DNA of 64,000 bases, taken from assembly GCF_006345805.1 (NCBI RefSeq), contig NC_042998.1, forward strand, positions 37,262,001 to 37,326,000, given 5' to 3'. Under the pieces are notes generated by a model, which was not told the DNA's origin, made no database searches, and saw nothing but the letters and a program-made list of their open reading frames with translations. Both the position numbers and the translations under genes were made by a program. Each line of letters begins with the position of its first letter. Within the stretch, counting starts at the first letter, position 1. The DNA is from Octopus sinensis. Taxonomy: Eukaryota. Positions 11,400-25,205 of this stretch are shown piece by piece.

Positions 11400-14023
11400 T
11401 ATTATATGAAGATTTCATATGAAAAATATGGAGGAAGATGTCATGCAGTTTGACTTGGTTTCCTTAACGCTTTCGGGTTTTAATTACAAATATTTTGTTT
11501 TACATATTGAGACTCATGTGATCACTGATTTTTATTTGTCTAATGTCATTCAAACACTCCGATACCCTCCACCCCAGAATGCAAACGGACTAAATAGTTC
11601 AACTAATGCCTTTTCAGATGATGTAAAATTTGCCACCATTATATACTACGAAGGTATTTGAACTATTTTTTGGTTTTTATGTGTGTATGTTACTTCTCAT
11701 TTTCATAAAATGTGCTCAGCAGGCCATGCTATGTAAGTGCACATCCCAGCGCTTTAGCCCTTTTTCTTTTTTCCCATTGAATTCCGTTATAATAGTAATC
11801 TACAACAATCCGAAAGTAATTTTTTGAAAATCCCATTAAAATATACTCGATTTCTAATACATAGGAGAAGGGAAAAGAGGGAGGGCAAACGTCTGTAGTT
11901 TTGCTGAATTGATGGAAATTAAACCACTCTTCTTTTACTGATTTCTATTTCTTCTACACGACTCAAAAATTATGAAAATATATTGCAATCAATATAATTT
12001 AGATACTAGAGCATACTTATAATTTGGATTAATTAGCGTGACAAATATTTGGGTTACCTTCATATTTCCAGAATTATAACAGACGGTAGAAGACGCTACC
12101 ACGCAGTAAAGTGAAATATGGCATTGAATGAGATTTGTGATTGAAGATCTTATTTGAAATATTCAATGAAAATATATATATACCAAAACTGAAATGTATA
12201 AAAAATCTCAAGCCAGTTTAGCCTCTAATAATTGGTGTCTCTTAGTAAACGTTACATAATTCGAACCAATTAATAAGCAACTTTCTCCGTTATATTCAAT
12301 TACTGATAGAAATGTATTCATCTGAATTCTCATCGCTGCCAATATTGTCAATTAGTCTCAGGTAGATATACTGTCTAATTCCTCTTTTAACAAGAATACA
12401 AAAAGTGCTTCGAATATGACTGTTCTTCCTTATGTTAGATCAGATATATTTACTTGATCAAAGTATGTAACAAAAATCGTTTGAATAATGCTCATACACA
12501 AATGAAATAATAATAACAAGAGCACTCAGAGAGCGTGTGTGTCTGTGTGCGTGTGTATGAGCCTGAGCGGATTGGTGCTCTTTATAGTGTGAATGATGAT
12601 TACTATCACTATCACGGTTTGACAGATTATTCTGACCGATGTTCATCCGGGTTGGTCTGTTTTACGACTGCTGTGTGTACATTCATGAGCAGGTGGACCA
12701 AACATAAAAGTGAGAATTGACTTCAAATTTGCGACATATTATACATATCTATTCAGTCTATCCAAAGTACTGACTTTCATATTCAGTATTGTTTTCACTA
12801 AATGAAATATAGTTTAATTTACTTTCGATTATTAAAATCGATATTCAAATAAACCAGGTTTATGATTTGTACATCTTAGTAATACGTAAACACTTGAACA
12901 ACAAAGTTGACGTGAATGCAGATAGAATTAATAAAGCATATCTTCGAAATTAAACCATAAATATATATAGTTAAGAGATTTAGTATTCCAACCCAAGTTT
13001 TTCCACGGAAATTTTAGGCAGCCGTACATTTGAAGAATTACATTTTTCTGCAATATTTTTTTATCTTGATCAACTGTGTGAGTGGCAGTCCTTTATCGAT
13101 CCTTGATGATGACAAGCAAACTCAATGTCGGTAGAATTTCAATTCAAACCGTACTGGTCGAACGTAGCGCCACCTATTACATTCAATCGGCCTACACACT
13201 CATAGCATGTAAATCATTCACTTTCTGGCGGTTTATGAACTATATGTCAAAATAGAAGACTAAAAGGACAATTATAAAAATGACGGGAAAAATTGTTCCA
13301 TCGTGAAAAAAAAAAGTATCGGTAATGATTTTCTTTTTCACATGGTAAATCTATCCAAGAGAAATAAACAATATCTACAAAGACTTACATAAATATATAA
13401 ATGCCTCTTGTTTAACAGCCAAACAGCCTCAGAATGTGTATTATGTGCAAGCAGGTGGTACGTTTAAAATTGCAGGATGTGGACAAGAGTATGTTTATTT
13501 GCCACAAAACAGAACCAGATATAAATCAATTCACACTGACATGTTTGTTGCATTATTGAGGAAAAGACCAAATTTCAAATATCCGTCAATTTTTTCATAA
13601 CAATGCTAGGAATGTTTGAGTTCTTGTTCATTTTCATTTTAACGATATTCATAAATGCACACACTGCTTGCATATAGGCATGTATGTTATATTTTTACCT
13701 TAATACAGCTGATCATCACAATCATCATACATGCATGTATGTGTGTGTTTATGTGTGTATCACTGTGTGTAGTTTATATGCATGTATGTTTTTATATCTT
13801 TGCCATAATACAACTGTTCGTCGTAATCATCAAACTACATACGTGCATGTGTGTGTCATGCATATATTTATGTGTGTATTTTATAGGCAAATATTTTATT
13901 TATAGTCTTACCTTAATACAACTGACAAACATATTCATCAACATATATACATACATGCATGTGTCTCAGTGTGTGTGTCTGTGTGTGTGTCTGTGTGCGT
14001 GTAAGTGTGTGTGTGTCTGTGTG

Positions 14024-14055
<32 letters not shown>

Positions 14056-14704
14056 TTAGTCGATGCCGTCATGTAAATTCTTTTCCCTGTATGTGTATGT
14101 TTGTTGGTATGTGTTTATATGTGTTAGTTATAAGGAAAACATTACTCACTACCTTGTTCCTTGATCTTAAGTTTGTTTTTAGTCAAACTTTTTCTAGTGT
14201 TCTTCATAATTTTATCTTATTAAATCTGCCTTAAATAACTCACTTTTCCCTCTGAAAATATTAACAATTCGTAAAATATTTTTTACCGAAAAGGCTCCTG
14301 GGTGGAGTTCTAGACAAAAATTCCATATTATTTCGAAGGCTTTGGTTAAAAAAAAAATGGAGAAAATCCCCATCAAAACTGAGTGACGTCAAAGTTTTCG
14401 TAATCTATGCCGTTTGAAAGGTATTTGAGTAAAGTTTCATTAAAAGATATTAATTTTCCTGAAAGTTATGAAGTAAAAAATTCGAATTGTGTGAATTTTC
14501 CGAAACTCCTCTACGCACCCACTCGGAAAGATTCTTTCTCATAAATCTTGATATACTCTTCATCCATAGCATCTCAGCGGTAATTGTGGAAAATTTCGTT
14601 AAAAGGTATATCTTTTGCTGGAAGTTATGAATCAAAATTTTCTGGTGCGTTACAAATCTGTAGTTATGACGCTATATCTACTTGTCTATTTATATTTGTC
14701 TGTA

Positions 14705-14742
<38 letters not shown>

Positions 14743-14743
<1 letters not shown>

Positions 14744-16699
14744 ACTTGGAAGATGTCCTCAGAGCGGCTGGTTTCGGACCCGTCTTCCGCGGCTGGATAG
14801 CCGCTTTGTAGAAAGGCATCCGTTCGGTAATTCGCGTAAATGGACATCTATCGAGACCTTTCGACATCGTCGCTTCTCTATGTATTGACTCTCGAGCCAT
14901 TATTGCGGAAGCTGGCAACTCTGAGGGGCATACCGCGAGAACTGGGATGCGGGACGAGTTTGTCTGCATACGCGGACGACGTCACCGTCATAGTGTCTAG
15001 CCACGAGCACATCGAGCAGGTCGGCGAGACACTGAAAAACTACGAAGCGGTGACAGGAGCGAAAATCAACGGGGAAAAAATCAGTGGGCTTGCGACTCGG
15101 CACCTGGAGAAGTTACCCCATGCCGTCCACCAGCGCCTCCGTTGTCGGACGCTGAACCGACGGTCCGGTCGAGTTGCTCAGTGTCTGGCCTGGTCCGGAC
15201 CTCCGGACCTCCGGAGAAGAACTGGAATGAGATAACGAGTAGGGTGGTGACTCTCGCCGGGCAATGGGCCGAGAGGAAACTGTCCCTAAAAGGTCGGGCG
15301 GAGGTGGCGAACGCGTACATCGCGTCCGTCATCTACTACCGCCTGACCGTCGTGCCTTGTCCCGACCCTACCATCACCAAACTAGAACGCATTCTCTTTC
15401 GCTTCTTGTGGAAAGGATGCGTCCCAATGGTCAGGCGATCCATTTGCTGTCAACACCCGTTAAAAGGAGGACTGGGCATACCGTGGTTGATGATGTGCAG
15501 ACACGCACTAAGACTGCGACATCTCCGGCTCTATGTAGACGACGGTGAACAGGTGTGGTCGCCGTTTGTGAGGCACGTTCTCCCGCAACTCGTCTCCATG
15601 ACTGAACCGCAGTCGTGGATCAAAAAGAGGCCGAGGAAGGGCGAATGGCACCGCGAGTGTCGCGTTGCTCTCAAGCAACTCTGCCGTCCTGGGTCGACCT
15701 TGAGTGACTCCAACACAACCAAAGCATTCTATAGGGGATTAGTGGAGGGGAGGTACGACGACGAGCTCGGGACGAACCTGGACGTCGACGACGAATACCT
15801 GACCCGCCTGTTCAGGACAACTTCCAGAGATCCCTGGCCTGGCAGTGCTACCGAGAAGCGCTACCCGTTCGGGATAAGCTTTACAGACACGGCTCGCGAA
15901 ACACAGGGCCGATGCCCGAGATGCGGTCAGAGCGACAAAACCGTTCTGCACGCACTCGTGCAGTGTCCAACAATCTCCGACCTGTGGGCATATGTCGAAC
16001 GACTGCTGTCACGGGTGGGACGAGTCGGTTTATCAGCCGAGTCTATGGTCAATATTGTTACACCCCCTTCCTTCAAACGGGAAGGAAGAGCTATTTTCAT
16101 CATACTTGTGGCTATGGCGTAACAACGTATCTGGTGGACGCGTCTGAAAGGATTGGAGACAAACACTTTCCTCTCTGGTCAATCTCTCATCAACTTCTTT
16201 AAGTATCACTTGAAAAGGAAAGTGAGAGTAGAGAAGCATGTTTTGTCTAGCGAATGTTTTTAAAAAAGATGGGTGAATGCAGCAAGGATGGCACGTATGA
16301 ATGACGAAGCCACCTTGAGCATAATCCTATGAACCCGGAAATTTAAAACAGAGGGTTACCCACTTGGAAACAAATGTGGTAACATGTAACAATATTGACT
16401 GAGGTTACCGTGGTCCTTTCCGTAGGCTTTTCTTCCCACGGATAAACCTTATCTGTTTCCCCTTTTACGCCTTACATCATGACACTGTGATACACGATCC
16501 CTATTCATCGTTTTTCCCCTTTTTTCCTTTTTTCTTTTCTTTTGTTTCTTTTCCTTTTTTCTTTTTTTTTCTTCTTCCCCTTTTACGATCCCTTTTGATC
16601 GAATACCTACCCCACTTCTTTTTTTTTCCCAAAAAAAGAAAAGCGCTACTTTGTAATCTGTCCCGTATGTGTGCAGCTCTGTGTGGCTAATAAAGAAAC

Positions 16700-16700
<1 letters not shown>
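14743..16700 (+). mobile_element. Tx1-clade (L1 superfamily) LINE, 5'-truncated RT/C-terminus plus 3' UTR
   Basis: Seen: YLEDVLRAAGFGPVFRGWIAAL, LLYVLTLEPLLRKL, SAYADDVTVIV, LERILFRFLWKG, CPRCGQSDKTVLHALVQCP. A pyrimidine-rich 3' UTR ends AATAAAGAAACAT. An internal deletion removes the QG motif. Clearly homologous to the 59-62 kb element. Confidence 0.92.

Positions 16701-16701
<1 letters not shown>

Positions 16702-16772
<71 letters not shown>
16702..16772. repeat. (TATC)n microsatellite directly 3' of the Tx1 copy
   Basis: Seen directly. A shorter (TGTC)n(TATC)n tract abuts the 5' end at about 14705-14742. Confidence 0.95.
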
Positions 16773-16814
16773 GTTAAGGCTATAAGTTTATACTCCGAGT
16801 GAAAATAAAGTCGG

Positions 16815-16970
16815 GGAGCTGGCAGAATCGTAAGCACGCCGGGTGAAATTATTAACGGTATTTCGTCTGCCGTTACGTTCCGAGTTCAAATTCCGCTTTC
16901 TGAGTCGATAAGTTGAATACTGGAGTAGATGTGATCGAATGTCCACCTCAACACAAAATCCACACCCTCT
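16815..16970 (+). mobile_element. SINE family B, internally deleted
   Basis: Seen: GGGGAGCTGGCAGAATCG...GAGTTCAAATTCCGC. Confidence 0.8.
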
Positions 16971-17338
16971 ACTTATATTATAAAGGACTATACGTAAGAA
17001 ATTAAATGCATTATGTAAACCAATATATTTTTTCGAGATTACCATTGTAGCAAGTAGGAAGAGTGAAGTAAGGCACTCTAGTCTGATATCGAATGCATTT
17101 ACGTAACTTTTATGTGCAGAACCCATCGCGATTATCGATAAAAGAAGTTATTGAGAACTGAAGCGATCTTCGCAGACTGAATATGGAATATTTCCGACTT
17201 TATTTATTTATTTTTATTGAAATCAGGAATGAATGCACTAAGCATATAATCGATACTCTTCCTTCGATTTACAGTTTACATTTGATGTTACCTGAATTAC
17301 CTCAATGGTTTCTTCTCATGTTCTTCCCTATTAATTTG

Positions 17339-17339
17339 G

Positions 17340-17375
<36 letters not shown>

Positions 17376-17380
17376 TAGAC

Positions 17381-17441
<61 letters not shown>

Positions 17442-17452
17442 TTTAGATAGAC
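17339..17452. repeat. (GACA)n(GATA)n microsatellite
   Basis: Seen directly. Confidence 0.95.
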
Positions 17453-19489
17453 ATAGCTTTATGAGGAGTATATTTAAACGCTACATTGATTGTCCTTATG
17501 CTAACTTTACGCACAATTATCCAAAGTTAATTATTGCTTCAAGGCTATCGTTTAGCAATTACCAGGCGCTTCCTTCAAATAGACATGGGTTTGATTAGAT
17601 TTTATAAAGAAAATTTATATACACGTAATCAATGATTCTTTGAAGTCTTAATAAAGTTTGCTGATTACGTATAACGCTTTATCAAGATGTTATGATATGT
17701 CAAGTATTGGATTAAGATCCTAGATTTTCACAAGACATTGGTAACCTGCTTATATAGTTTAAGCCTACATCTTGCAAATTTATACACTGTAATAAACGCT
17801 TAAAGCATCTTTAAAACTCTTTGGCAAACATTTGGACTAGTTTATTGCTTGAACAGAAAATTATTTCTCCTCTTCTTGGACTCTAAAATCTTAACCATGA
17901 CATAAAACGCTACTCCATATTTAATTATTCCTTGCAAACAGCCTGGCTTAATTGTTCTATATTTGTTCTTTCACATGATGCCTGGAACTGTAAAATCTGT
18001 TGAATCTGATTTTTCTTATCCCATATTATTGACTTTGGCATCTCCATAGACGTTTTGCAGAATTCATTAGGCCAATTAAACCTTTTGATTATTCAAATCT
18101 TTGTTCATATTCAAGATTTTGTTTCTCAATATAGAATCAAGCGTATATAATTCGCATCCTGTCTCATAGTTGCACATTGAAGTTTAATAACCTTATCGAA
18201 ATCGCTCTTTTTATGCCTCAAGAAAAGAGAAATCACTCAAATGCCTCAGGGATATTAGATAGAAGGAAAGTGCATAGCCGCAAAGTAAATTATTTAACCA
18301 TACAGTCACGCAAATATGTAATTACATTAATAACACCATATATCATGAAGTACCTTATAACCTTACTTGGAAACCAGCTGCCTTAGAAAGATATTATTAC
18401 AGAGAATAGTGTAAAAGCGATTTAAGTCGTATAAAGCCAGCTGTTTTCAGAGACGTTCGATCAAAACACTAGTTGTATTTCATTCTATAAGAACGCGCTA
18501 CAGTAATCTCCTTTCCGTGGTTTGAATAAAGTTATATTCTTTTTAAGTGACTCAATACATTACCATAGCAATCTTAGTGAACTTCCTCGCCTTCTTTGAT
18601 TCCATAATGGTTTAAACTATAAACAGCTGCATTTTATTTAAGTAATATTTCTATTTAGAAACAACACTTAAGAACGTAGTTCTGCCAGGTGCCTAATATT
18701 GTGAGGTCAGCAGAATGTTAATGCACATATCGTTAGCCACGTGATAGCTATAGCTAGAAGTAGGTTAACAAGCTTCACACAATGAATCGCATAAATACAT
18801 ACGTATATGTCTTTTTAAGTGATGTTTTCTTCACATGTTAGTGACTGGTTTAGTTTTGATGTTGTCCTTCCCTGGAGATCGCGAAAAAATGGTTAACAGT
18901 TTAAACATAATTGAGTTTCTTCTCTACGTTTTGGGAGGATGCCAATTGAGTCCAACTCTCCTTCTAAAATTTCCGCATCGATTCAGAGGAGTTTCCATGT
19001 CTCAGCGGTGGTTCCGAATTCGCAGTTTCTCTGCATCTTCTTGTGTAAGTACATATGTATTGAACGTGGGATGTGAGTGAACGTTAGATGATGAGAACTC
19101 CACAGATCCATACAATCAAATCTACTCACTCGCTTCTAATATACAAGTGTGCATGTTTATATCGGCGGGAAACGCTAACTCCAACCAAAAACACTATATA
19201 CCTTGACGTATTTAGACGTAAAGTTTCTTCAAATTACATCTTTTAACGCGAACATATTTGAGCTCACCATGTGGTTGTATAAAAATCAACACATTACACA
19301 GCAGAGTATGTACACGGGTCAATATGATGTTGTAAAAAACCGTACTCAATATCGTAAAACAGTGCAATGATATATAATGCCATATATTACTTTTAGCAGC
19401 GCCATCTCAGCCGAAGAGTTATTCTGTGCCGACGAAGGGAAATAATCCTGAAACTGTACGGTCACAGACATAGCTTTGTGCTGGGTGGG

Positions 19490-19770
19490 GATGATAAGAA
19501 GAAAAAGAAGAAGAGGAAAAAAAGAAGAAGAAGAAGAAAAAGAGAAGAAAAAGTAAAAGAAAAAGGAGAAAAAGAAAAAGAAAAAGAAGATTCCTTTCCA
19601 TTATAGGCACAAGGCCTGTAATTTTGGGGGAAGGGACTAGTCGATTATAAATGTATGTGTGTAGAGGGAGAGAGATAGAGAGAGACAGAGATAGAGAGAC
19701 AGACAGAGAGAAAGAGAGAAAGTGAAAAAGTCAGCAAAGAAAGAAACAAAGGACCGTGACGATAAAATTG

Positions 19771-19801
<31 letters not shown>

Positions 19802-20035
19802 AAGGAGGAGGAGCATCAGGAGGAGGGGGGAGGAGAAGGAGGAAGTGTATTGGTGATGATGCTGCTGCTACTGCTGATATTTGTGGTGGTATTATTATCA
19901 TTATTATTATTATTATTATCATTATTAATATTATTATTATTATTATTAGTAGTAGTAGTAGTAGTGATGGTAGTAGTAGTAGTAGTAGTAGTAGTAGTGA
20001 TGGTAGTAGTAGTGATGGTAGTAGTAGTAGTGATG

Positions 20036-20077
<42 letters not shown>

Positions 20078-20140
20078 TGAATAGTAGTAGTAGTAGTAGT
20101 AGTAGTAGTTGTAGTGGTTCCCGCATTAGCAGCAGCAGCA
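19490..20140. repeat. Compound low-complexity tract: (GAA)n, SINE-B tail fragment, (GA)n, (GGT)/(TAG)/(GCT)/(TAT)n
   Basis: Seen directly. It generates the poly-L/poly-S/poly-V ORFs in the track. Confidence 0.9.
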
Positions 20141-20510
20141 GAAAAAATTATATAGAAACAGTTTCAGTGGAACACCAGGAGTAACACGAAATAGATTCCA
20201 GGTTACCGAGTCATTTCATAGAAACGAGAGAAAATGGAAGCGTTTACAGTGATATCGAAACTGGGTTCTACAAATTTCCTTCCAAACCATTGTAGACTCT
20301 TCATTTCCAGAGTGTTCTCTGTTACCTGAAAATCTTTTCTCACGTTCCATTTTCCTTTCTTTCAATCCGATTCAACAGCACAATGCGATCGAATACAATC
20401 TATACAAGTGTTAATGTACAATTGAATGTCATATATAATGAAGACTGCGTCAGCTATTCTAGAATTTAAAGCCAGAATAAGGTTGCAGATCAACGTATTG
20501 GACAAACTGA

Positions 20511-20740
20511 GGCGGCGAGCTGGCAGAAACAGGCAGGCTGGGCGAAATTCTTAGCGGTGTTTCGTCTGCCGTTACGTTCTGAGTTCAAATTCTGCAGAGG
20601 CTGACTTTGCCTTTCATCCTTTCGCGGTCGATAAATTAAGTACCAGTTACGCACTGGTGTCGATGTAATCGACTCGATCCATCTGTCTGTCCTTGTTTGT
20701 CCCTTCTGTGTTTAGCCCCTTGTGGGTGGTAAAGAAATAG
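20511..20740 (+). mobile_element. SINE family B, full length with 11-bp target-site duplication
   Basis: Seen: complete unit from GGCGGCGAGCTGGCAG to GGTAAAGAAATAG, with GTATTGGACAA at 20495-20505 and 20741-20751. Confidence 0.92.
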
Positions 20741-21344
20741 GTATTGGACAAGCTGCAAAGTCCTCAGTTAAAAAAAAAAAAGAGGAAACGAAAAATTATA
20801 TAATTTTGAACATGTACATTATCGCTCTTATCAATAATAAAGTTGTTTTACTTATAGCAGAATGTTTTAAACTTGTATAAAGTTGATTAACAATATATTT
20901 AAGCAGCTCTTCTACAAGATGAATAAACATTGAAAATTATTGGGGAGAAATTGTGTTGTACATATGAGGAATTTGAAGTCAGTGCTGTGTGACGCATTGT
21001 GTAAATAGGCCTTGCTTTTTTTTTTTATATTCTGTGAAATCCATTTAAATGCATTAATAAATTAATTTTATGCTACTTCACAGTTGCCAACGATTAAAAA
21101 GTAAGCTATAAGTTATAACACATTTCTTTCATGGTGCAACCTGAAAGCGATTTGTTATTGTCATCAATCAGTTATGTTGGTATTTGTATCTTGGAATGAG
21201 AACGAGTAGAAAGAAAGCGCTTCAGGTTAAAGGAATTTCCCAGACTGTTAGAGTGTGTGACTGCACCACTGCATCGGGATTAGAACCGTTTTCATTTGTG
21301 GCTCGTTATTTGGAGGAATAAGGGCGCCTGTATATTCATACGGA

Positions 21345-21470
21345 AGCGGGCCTGTCTGTGTGGTGAGAAGATTGCTTCAAAACCACACGGTTCCAAGATC
21401 ACTCCCACTGCGTAGCATCTTGGCCAAGTGTCTTGTAGTTTGGCCTCTCGCCGATCAAGGCCCTGTGATA
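21345..21470 (+). mobile_element. SINE family A, head only, degenerate
   Basis: Seen: GTGTGGTGAGAAGATTGCTTC...CCCACTGCGTAGCATCTTGGCCAAGTGTCTT. Confidence 0.75.
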
Positions 21471-21890
21471 CTTTTTTTTATTATATAAAGTCATGTAATT
21501 TTGTTGGCGGGGAGCACAACTGAGGGAACTGCCTTCACTAATTGGTTGTTACTTATTTTATTCTAGGAAGAATATTAACGATTTGGATATTCGCTTCTCC
21601 TGGCAGCGATAAAAATATTCTAATAGAACTATTTCGTATTTATTGACTCTGTATATACGCTGAAATTTTAATTGCACGCACAGTTCCTTAGGTTACATAA
21701 TTCGAAAGAATACACTGCAGCCTCATGCTGCCAAAATATTTACCATCCACATGACATTGATTTCATGATTTTGGGATTTCTAACTTGAACCAGATGATGA
21801 ACTATTACCATACTTTTAAAATTTATTTTATTCGCTATTACGCTTTATGTTCTTATGTATATACATGAGTACACATATTTGAACATCTAT

Positions 21891-22190
<300 letters not shown>

Positions 22191-23008
22191 GCTCACATGC
22201 ATGTACGTAATATCCAGGAACTTGCAAACATAATACTGAATGTATGTCTAATGGATATTAGTTTAATCCTTAGCTTAAAATACGTATCGTAACCTCGCCT
22301 AATAAATCTCACGAAACCAAATTTAGAGAGAAATTCTAGTTGCATATCTACAGCTGAAACTTGTAAAAGACAAAACTACGAAACATTTGTATGCTTTACA
22401 ATATTCGAATGCATTAATTTTATCATAAAAGTGTTATATTTTTAGAAGAATGTCAATCATGTACTGCTGAAAAAAGACTGAAACATGAATCACTTGTTGA
22501 TGATTCTGCAATATGTATTGTGGTCTCTGGCTACGTTCTCAGCTGTTACATTGCATTCATTAACGCGCTCTCCTTCTTTCCACTCTTTGTCACATTTCCT
22601 TTCATCGTCAACTTCTGATTTTATATGGTATTTTCTATAATGTCTTCGGTGAAGCAAATCGCGTTTCAGCTGTATATCAGTCATGCTGCGAGGCAGGTTT
22701 GATATCACCTCGAACAGTTCCGCACAAAAGGATACTGTAAATGACGTTCCTATCCTGCGTGTCCCGGAGAAAATTAAAAGAGAAGGAAAGAGAAAGAAAG
22801 AAAGATAGAAAGAAAAAAGAAAGAAGGAAAGAAAAAAGAAAGATAGAAAGAAAGAGAAATCAGTAATTGACTTGAACTTATTAGGCACAGGAAGTGTGAC
22901 GGCTAAAGTTCCCTGCTATAGATTTCGAAGTCACTCGCTTAGCAATGAGCCATTGTTTATTCATACATTGTGTTGGCTACTATATATATATATATATATA
23001 TAGATATA

Positions 23009-23263
23009 TTGGGTTGGTGCATAATTATTGCGGCTTTTTTCCCAACAAATTATATTCAGCAAAAACAATAACTACATGTAGCAAAAGCATCTTTAAATGA
23101 TTATTGGAGATCATATTCACCTTTCATCTCAATTACTGCTTCCTATTTGCTTGGCAGACGGTAAGACTGTCATTTGAAGATGTTTTTGTTAAATATTGTT
23201 ATTGTCTTTGTTGAATAAAATTTGTTAAAAAAAAAAAAGCCGCAATTATTATGCACCAACCCA

Positions 23264-23264
<1 letters not shown>
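23009..23264. mobile_element. Mariner-derived MITE (256 bp) with about 31-bp TIRs and TA target duplication
   Basis: Seen: TTGGGTTGGTGCATAATTATTGCGGCTTTTT / AAAAAGCCGCAATTATTATGCACCAACCCAA, flanked by TA. The minus-strand interior encodes LPSK*EAVIEMKGEY, resembling a mariner transposase C-terminus. Confidence 0.9.
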
Positions 23265-23317
<53 letters not shown>

Positions 23318-23366
23318 ATATACATGTGTGTCAGTGTGTGTGTGTGTATGTGTGTAGCTAGCTAGC

Positions 23367-23583
<217 letters not shown>

Positions 23584-24051
23584 TGAAAGTTTACTCTACC
23601 GTTTTGTGCAATTTAAATGACAAATACCAGACGATATATGTGTAGCTCTCACTTACATATGACTTTAGAACAATTTTCGTATAAACACTGAAATTTGATA
23701 TCTTATAAATAAAAGAAACCAAATGAGAGTCCGCGGAACAGGTTTCCAAATGTATTGAAAGTGTGTGATCCTATCCAGTCAAGAATAGTTTGGATTAGTT
23801 TGCATTGACAGACATCACTACTCCCTAGCAGATTGTCAGTGGAGACGTCGAACTTAAATGTTAGCTCTTTACAGAGCACGAGTGATGGAAAAATATAAAG
23901 TAGTCCTCACAGAATATCTCTGCGTTGATGAAAATCGTTTGCCAGGGCTGGACTAGTGAAACTTCAGGCCAATAACTATGGATAATGCGTAGAATTCCCC
24001 GAAGGGAACAGAATTGGTTTAAGACAAAATCCAGAAAAAGAGAAAGAGAGT

Positions 24052-24054
<3 letters not shown>

Positions 24055-24126
<72 letters not shown>
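24055..24126. repeat. (GA)n microsatellite
   Basis: Seen directly. Confidence 0.95.
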
Positions 24127-24129
<3 letters not shown>

Positions 24130-25205
24130 TGCGCTCAGAGTTGTCGATCTGATATGCAAATAGTGCAATGAAACTGTTTTGCAAATATTCTTTCAATATT
24201 TCAGCATTACTTAAATGTGGAGTTCTGTTGAACATCATTTGTAGCGAATAGAACAAAAATAGTTATCAACCAAGTTTGCCATGAACATCACAAATTCATT
24301 TACCCGGGAAAGGCTATGCACTTCACTTATTTATCAGGGACACTACAACGGAGGTTGGGTGGGTGACTTGACTTGAAGAAATGATGACATAAGTTTTCCT
24401 CTTCGGCAAAACTCTCATCCGCTTCTTCAGATATCACATGGAAAAGTAAATTCTTAGAAAGGAAGGTGAGAATAGTCCATAGGGACCGTATAATCGCACC
24501 CAAACGGTGCTTATGCCTTTAAATTGGGAAATGACAAATGATAGACGGCACTTCTCTAAATTATATATTATTCACAGTTCTCTTGTATATATAACTGTAA
24601 CCCATCATTAATATTTATAATATTCTGCCGAAATCTCCTAAAGTTGAGGCAGGAGCAATACGACGTTACTTAAAGTCTTTAATTGTCCTTATAACTGCAT
24701 ATTTTAACATAGATTTCATGATTTTGCGAATATATTTTTAACATCAAATTTATCGGGCTTTTGTTTTATTTGTAGGAAATATGGGAAAATTGATTTTCCA
24801 AGATCTAATTCCGTTGTGTAAAGTGTTATTAGATATTCAGTGAAGAATGCGGTCGATTGTCAGAAACCTAATGATTCCAAAATAATGGTGTGAAGTGAAT
24901 TTCAAAATGTAGAAGCTACGACTTCTACCGAGTTGCCGAACCTAACAGAAATAAGTCTCCTTCCTATAAAGCCGTTAATTGAGGAAGAAATTATTAAAAA
25001 GAATGGAATAAATTTTGTTAGAAACCATGATCATATATCTGGGGAATCAGAGCTAAACTATATCAGAACAACAACAGCAACAAACAGGTTTTGATCCATG
25101 GACACTTGCTTTCTCTTAGGGTTCACAAATACCACACATGAATTTTATTGGTGTGTATGTAAAAAGGGAACGCAGATATAGGGGTGTATATGTCCCCCTA
25201 CCCTT

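Noticed and set aside
14235-14690. DNA-transposon-like segment with a ~42-bp internal duplication (AAAGTTTCATTAAAAG...GAAAGTTATGAA / AAAATTTCGTTAAAAG...GGAAGTTATGAA)
   Set aside because: It looks repeat-derived, but I found no paired termini or TSD, so it could not be classified.
19731-20184. Long poly-Leu/Ser/Val/Ile ORFs
   Set aside because: They are translations of compound trinucleotide microsatellites, open in several frames on both strands, with no splice or domain support.
24150-24165. Octamer motif ATGCAAAT (also near 31726 and 54196)
   Set aside because: Expected by chance in 64 kb of AT-rich DNA, with no associated snRNA gene or promoter.
24381-24440. C/D-box snoRNA (ATGATGA C box)
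   Set aside because: No downstream CTGA D box or terminal stem at a suitable distance.
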